IMG/VR virus record: IMGVR_UViG_2703718820_000012 | Coordinates: 1 to 10,489 of that record | Strand: one strand, 5' to 3' | Source: a virus | Lineage: Duplodnaviria > Heunggongvirae > Uroviricota > Caudoviricetes | Length of the DNA stretch: 10,489 bases | Shown: positions 7,643-10,489 of the stretch, piece by piece | How the letters are laid out: the number at the start of each line of letters is the position of its first letter | Position numbering within the stretch: position 1 is the stretch's first letter | Made by a program: the position numbers and the translations under genes | Notes under the pieces: model-generated | The model's database searches: none | Told to the model about the DNA's origin: nothing | The model's input: the letters and a program-made list of their open reading frames with translations, nothing else

Positions 7643-8196
7643 CATTTATCTCCGACCGGAAACTTCTTATACAGTGTCGATATACCAACATCATAGATGA
7701 TCGCCACCTTCTGGCGAGGAACGCCTGATGCAATTAATCGCCCGGCCTGCGCCCATTGTTCTGGTGTAAGTTTGGGACGACGTCCACCAATTCGTCCCTG
7801 TGCGCGAGCAGCTTCCAGTCCAGCTTTTGTTCGTTCAACAATCAGTTCTCGTTCCATTTCAGCCAGGGCACCCATCACATGAAAGAAAAAACGCCCCATC
7901 GGTGTGCTGGTATCAATAGCATCCGTCAGACTGCGAAAATTAACGCCACGTTCGCGCAACTCCTCAACCAGAATGACCAGATGCCGCATACTACGCCCCA
8001 GCCGATCCAGCTTCCAGACAACCAGAGTGTCACCTGCCGATAATGTCCTGAGCAGTTTTTTCAGTCCCGGCCTTTCGGACTTTGTACCGCTTATCTTGTC
8101 TTCAAAAATCAGCTCGCATCCTGCACAGTTCAGCGCATTACGTTGTAGATCTGTGTTCTGGTCATTTGTTGATACGCGTACATAGCCAATAAGCAT
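7642..8196 (-). CDS. Serine-recombinase DNA invertase, Pin/Gin/Cin/Hin family
   Basis: From the internal Met: MLIGYVRVSTNDQNTDLQRNAL…GDTLVVWKLDRLGRSM…MGRFFFHVMGALAEMERELIVERT…GRIGGRRPKLT…, the catalytic Ser region and C-terminal HTH typical of Gin/Pin. Start set at ATG 8194-8196 (185 aa); the 12-codon upstream extension in the track is not supported. Confidence 0.85.
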   Translation of the reverse strand: MLIGYVRVSTNDQNTDLQRNALNCAGCELIFEDKISGTKSERPGLKKLLRTLSAGDTLVVWKLDRLGRSMRHLVILVEELRERGVNFRSLTDAIDTSTPMGRFFFHVMGALAEMERELIVERTKAGLEAARAQGRIGGRRPKLTPEQWAQAGRLIASGVPRQKVAIIYDVGISTLYKKFPVGDK

Positions 8197-8250
8197 GGTA
8201 GATCCCCCTGACAAAAGCAGGAATGATGCCATCTGCTCGTTATTTCTGCA

Positions 8251-8276
8251 TTTTCATAAACGTTGGTTTGGGAGAA
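8251..8276. repeat. Left inversion crossover site (hix/gix/pix-like 26-bp site, TT core at 8263-8264)
   Basis: TTTTCATAAACG-TT-GGTTTGGGAGAA; inner half-site identical to the right site; AAACN-NN-GGTTT architecture. Confidence 0.7.
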
Positions 8277-8630
8277 GCGGCAAAACGGAATGTAGGTAAC
8301 GGGCAAAACCAAATTCCGGATATGGCGGCGTTTGCCAGTTCACTTTCATCAACGGGTTTTCAAAAACTCCCTTCAGGTCTGATTATTCAGTGGGGTATTG
8401 TCAGTGGAGCATCAAACTATACGGTGACTTACCCGGTAACATTCCCAAATCGTTCACTTGCGCTGTTGGCTGTGCCACATACAACGTCGGTGGCTGGTAT
8501 ATCTGCAATGGGCATAGCGAACTGTTCTGATATCAGCAAATCACAGTTCTATATAATTGTTGGCGGTATATCTCAGGGAGAAATTGTCAAATATGAAAGG
8601 TCCTGTTTTTGGGTAGCAATCGGTGTATAG
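8265..8630 (+). CDS. Silent alternative tail-fibre C-terminal (receptor-binding) cassette
   Basis: Begins [20 protein letters not shown]…, paralleling [20 protein letters not shown] in the expressed fibre. It would be fused in frame to the constant part after inversion; the ATG at 8223 is fortuitous. Confidence 0.6.
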   Translation, partial: GLGEAAKRNVGNGQNQIPDMAAFASSLSSTGFQKLPSGLIIQWGIVSGASNYTVTYPVTFPNRSLALLAVPHTTSVAGISAMGIANCSDISKSQFYIIVGGISQGEIVKYERSCFWVAIGV

Positions 8631-8638
8631 GTATATCT

Positions 8639-9034
8639 ATGATTTATTTCTCAAAATCGACTAATGGTTTTTTCTTTGATGGTATAAACAGCGACATGCC
8701 TGCTGACATTGTTGAGATAAGTACAGACTTATACAATGAATTAATTGCCGGACAGCAGGAAGGGGGGAAATTAATCACGTCAGATGAAAATGGTTTACCG
8801 GTACTGAAATCTCCGGCGATTGATTATGTCGCACGTGCTGAAAATCAGCGAATGCAGTTACTTGCTCATGCCGATAATGTCACAGCTGACTGGCGGGTGG
8901 AATTAATGCTTGGTGATATCAGCAGTACAGATAAAGAAAAACTATCTGCCTGGATGGACTACAAAAAAGAAGTAAAAGCCGTCGACACTTCGACGGCTCC
9001 TGAGATTAGCTGGCCTGAGTTACCGGAGGTGTAG
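8639..9034 (+). CDS. Tail fibre assembly protein (alternative copy, Tfa/U' type)
   Basis: MIYFSKSTNGFFFDG…[17 protein letters not shown]; the C-terminal motif is typical of Tfa/gpU chaperones. ATG at 8639 preferred over the TTG at 8609. Confidence 0.7.
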   Translation: MIYFSKSTNGFFFDGINSDMPADIVEISTDLYNELIAGQQEGGKLITSDENGLPVLKSPAIDYVARAENQRMQLLAHADNVTADWRVELMLGDISSTDKEKLSAWMDYKKEVKAVDTSTAPEISWPELPEV

Positions 9035-9425
9035 GCCATTCAATATCTGGCGCACCGGAAGTATCGACCAGTTCCAGTGCGTCCAGGTAATCCAGCCACA
9101 AATTATATTGTGCCAGTTCCTCACCTTTCAGCCGGCCAATAGCCGCTTTACCAGGCCATTGTTTACTGTTCATATAATCGTTGGCCTGTTCAATAAGTAT
9201 ATTTTTCATTCCCTCCGCTTCAGCTATTTCCTGTTCATGTGTCTTCGCTGGATATTCAGTAAGTACAGGGTAGTTATCCGGGCTATTGATAATAATTTTC
9301 CCCGTACTCTGACCATTCATAAGTTCATAATAAAGAGCATCTTCAATATCGAAAGCATCATCGGGAATATCGCTGTTGTTTTCAGAGAAAAATCCCTGAA
9401 CAGATGGGGACCATTTCATTTTCAT
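9006..9425 (-). CDS. Tail fibre assembly protein (Tfa/U type, currently in expressed orientation)
   Basis: [16 protein letters not shown]…[16 protein letters not shown]. Start ATG overlaps the stop of the upstream fibre gene (ATGA coupling at 9422-9425); 3' end overlaps the other tfa by 29 bp. Confidence 0.75.
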   Translation of the reverse strand: MKMKWSPSVQGFFSENNSDIPDDAFDIEDALYYELMNGQSTGKIIINSPDNYPVLTEYPAKTHEQEIAEAEGMKNILIEQANDYMNSKQWPGKAAIGRLKGEELAQYNLWLDYLDALELVDTSGAPDIEWPTPPVTQAS

Positions 9426-10489
9426 AATTTCCCAATTCCTAAAATATGGACATCATCAGCCTTACGGGCATTCCAGGTGACAATTACATCGGTAGAGTGA
9501 CGATTAACTGAGATTGCGTATGCTTCGTTAGTCGAGCCAGAAACTTTTGTGGCAAACACAGCAAACAGGACACCAAATGACTGGGGCCATTTATAGCCTG
9601 ACAGCTGATAATTACCATTATCCAGTGTTACAGCTTTGACTGCTGCACTTGATGGAATCGTCAGCCACTGGAGTATCAACCCTCCTGGCAAAAGTTGTTT
9701 TCCATAAAAATCCCTCACACCACTAAATGAAACCATATCCGGTATCTGATTTTCCCCTGTTCCCACGTCCCGTTTTGCCGCTTCTCCCAAACCAAGGTTT
9801 TCGAGAGCCGTTTGCACAGTGCCATCCGATTTGATATCGCCAAACGGATTCTTGCGGCTTAACAGCAGCGCACGAAGTGCGGTAAGCATCTGGTCATGCC
9901 GCCCTTTCTCCAGGCTGGCACCGGAGGCCTCCACCACGCTACAAAGTTCTTCCTGCAACATGTCAAAGTAGTCATCATCCAGATCGGTGGCAGGTGTGCC
10001 GGTCTGGGGGTTACCACGGGTATCCGGTTTGTCGGTGTTACTGCCCTGACCGTTCTCTCTGTGACGATGCCCGTTATAGGCAAGCCGCATCGCTGACATG
10101 GTGGTGCCGCCGGAGTCGCACAGGTCTTTCACCTGTCCGGTCACTTCCAGGTCCATTTCAAAACGTGCTTCAGGTGCATTGCGAAACGTGATCGTTTTAC
10201 CTGCACCGTCCACCACGATCCCCTCCCGGGTCAGCGTCACGGACTGCCCCTGATCGTCATAGACAGCCACCTCGCCCGTCTGCAGCCCTTTCAGGCGGTA
10301 GCGACGGTCCGACACCGTAACAACCACCGCATGAGAACGGTCGCCATCCGGAAACAACACCACCGCTTCCGCACCGCTGTTTGCCCTTGCGGTAAAACCG
10401 TAGGGTTCAAGATGTTCAACCCCGGCTTTGGGTTCACCGGCAATCAGGGACACATCCACGGTCTGTAGTGGCACACTAAATTTGGCCAC
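9422..10489 (-). CDS. Phage tail fibre protein, 3' portion (constant region plus currently fused variable tip); 5' end beyond window
   Basis: Open frame from the window edge to the stop at 9422-9424. The constant/variable junction at [13 protein letters not shown] coincides with the right crossover site. The upstream part (…FPDG…DSGGTT…HRH…) loosely resembles baseplate-spike (gpV-like) proteins, but this is tentative. Confidence 0.65.
   Translation of the reverse strand: MAKFSVPLQTVDVSLIAGEPKAGVEHLEPYGFTARANSGAEAVVLFPDGDRSHAVVVTVSDRRYRLKGLQTGEVAVYDDQGQSVTLTREGIVVDGAGKTITFRNAPEARFEMDLEVTGQVKDLCDSGGTTMSAMRLAYNGHRHRENGQGSNTDKPDTRGNPQTGTPATDLDDDYFDMLQEELCSVVEASGASLEKGRHDQMLTALRALLLSRKNPFGDIKSDGTVQTALENLGLGEAAKRDVGTGENQIPDMVSFSGVRDFYGKQLLPGGLILQWLTIPSSAAVKAVTLDNGNYQLSGYKWPQSFGVLFAVFATKVSGSTNEAYAISVNRHSTDVIVTWNARKADDVHILGIGKL
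9782..9807. repeat. Right inversion crossover site (hix/gix-like, AA core at 9794-9795)
   Basis: TTCTCCCAAACC-AA-GGTTTTCGAGAG; about 21 of 26 positions match hixL (TTCTTGAAAACCAAGGTTTTTGATAA) as I recall it. Confidence 0.7.

Larger units (their letters stand above)
8264..9794. other. Invertible tail-fibre host-range segment (about 1.5 kb)
   Basis: Bounded by inverted 26-bp sites. Contains two alternative fibre C-terminal segments and two tfa genes in mirror arrangement, as in the Mu G, P1 C and e14 P segments. A 26-bp perfect inverted repeat (8263-8288 vs 9770-9795) encodes GLGEAAKR in both orientations. Confidence 0.75.

Noticed and set aside
8223-8264. ATG at 8223 as the start of an independent gene
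   Set aside because: The coding information begins at the crossover site (GLGEAAKR…). This is a promoterless cassette expressed only after inversion fuses it to the fibre constant region.
7697-8312. ORFs 7697-7882 (+), 7756-8043 (+), 7904-8185 (+), 8130-8312 (-) and the 12-codon extension of the invertase (8197-8232)
   Set aside because: Antisense or out of frame to the invertase; the invertase N-terminus matches the family consensus exactly from MLIGYVRVST.
8609-8638. TTG start for the second tfa gene
   Set aside because: The ATG at 8639 gives an N-terminus (MIYFSKSTNGFFFDG) that aligns with the other tfa copy ([14 protein letters not shown]); the TTG extension overlaps the end of the fibre cassette.
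9108-10191. ORFs 9108-9500 (+), 9859-10083 (-), 9896-10096 (+), 9994-10191 (+)
   Set aside because: Antisense or alternative frames within the tfa and tail-fibre genes; no supporting signals.

Overview
Mosaic accessory region with five recognisable blocks. (1) 2-780: the 3' end of a P4-alpha-type primase/helicase gene (5' end off-window), its rho-independent terminator and one pair of TGTTCAC iterons. (2) 781-2893: a visibly AT-rich two-gene cargo cassette, a SerB-like HAD phosphatase (+) and a dUTPase/dCTP-deaminase-fold protein with a transmembrane helix and coiled-coil tail (-), arranged tail-to-tail with a 33-bp overlap. It is bracketed by a ~190-bp imperfect direct repeat of the primase 3' end, terminator and first iterons. 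This pair is my best candidate for an undescribed system, possibly a nucleotide-pool-targeting defence module; that function is inference only. (3) 2894-3340: a relic of the primase 3' end followed by two ~120-bp direct repeats full of TGTTCACC iterons, matching the P4 crr replication element. (4) 3719-6401: a complete EcoRII-type restriction-modification system (Type IIE endonuclease plus Dcm-like C5-cytosine methyltransferase, convergent), with a divergent GIY-YIG nuclease-domain gene of unknown function at 6808-7581. (5) 7642-10489: a Pin/Gin/Cin-family DNA invertase next to a ~1.5-kb invertible tail-fibre segment carrying two alternative fibre tips and two tail-fibre-assembly genes, bounded by hix/gix-like 26-bp sites; the fibre gene runs off the window end. 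All calls rest on reading the sequence and on recalled motifs and family knowledge; no searches were run.
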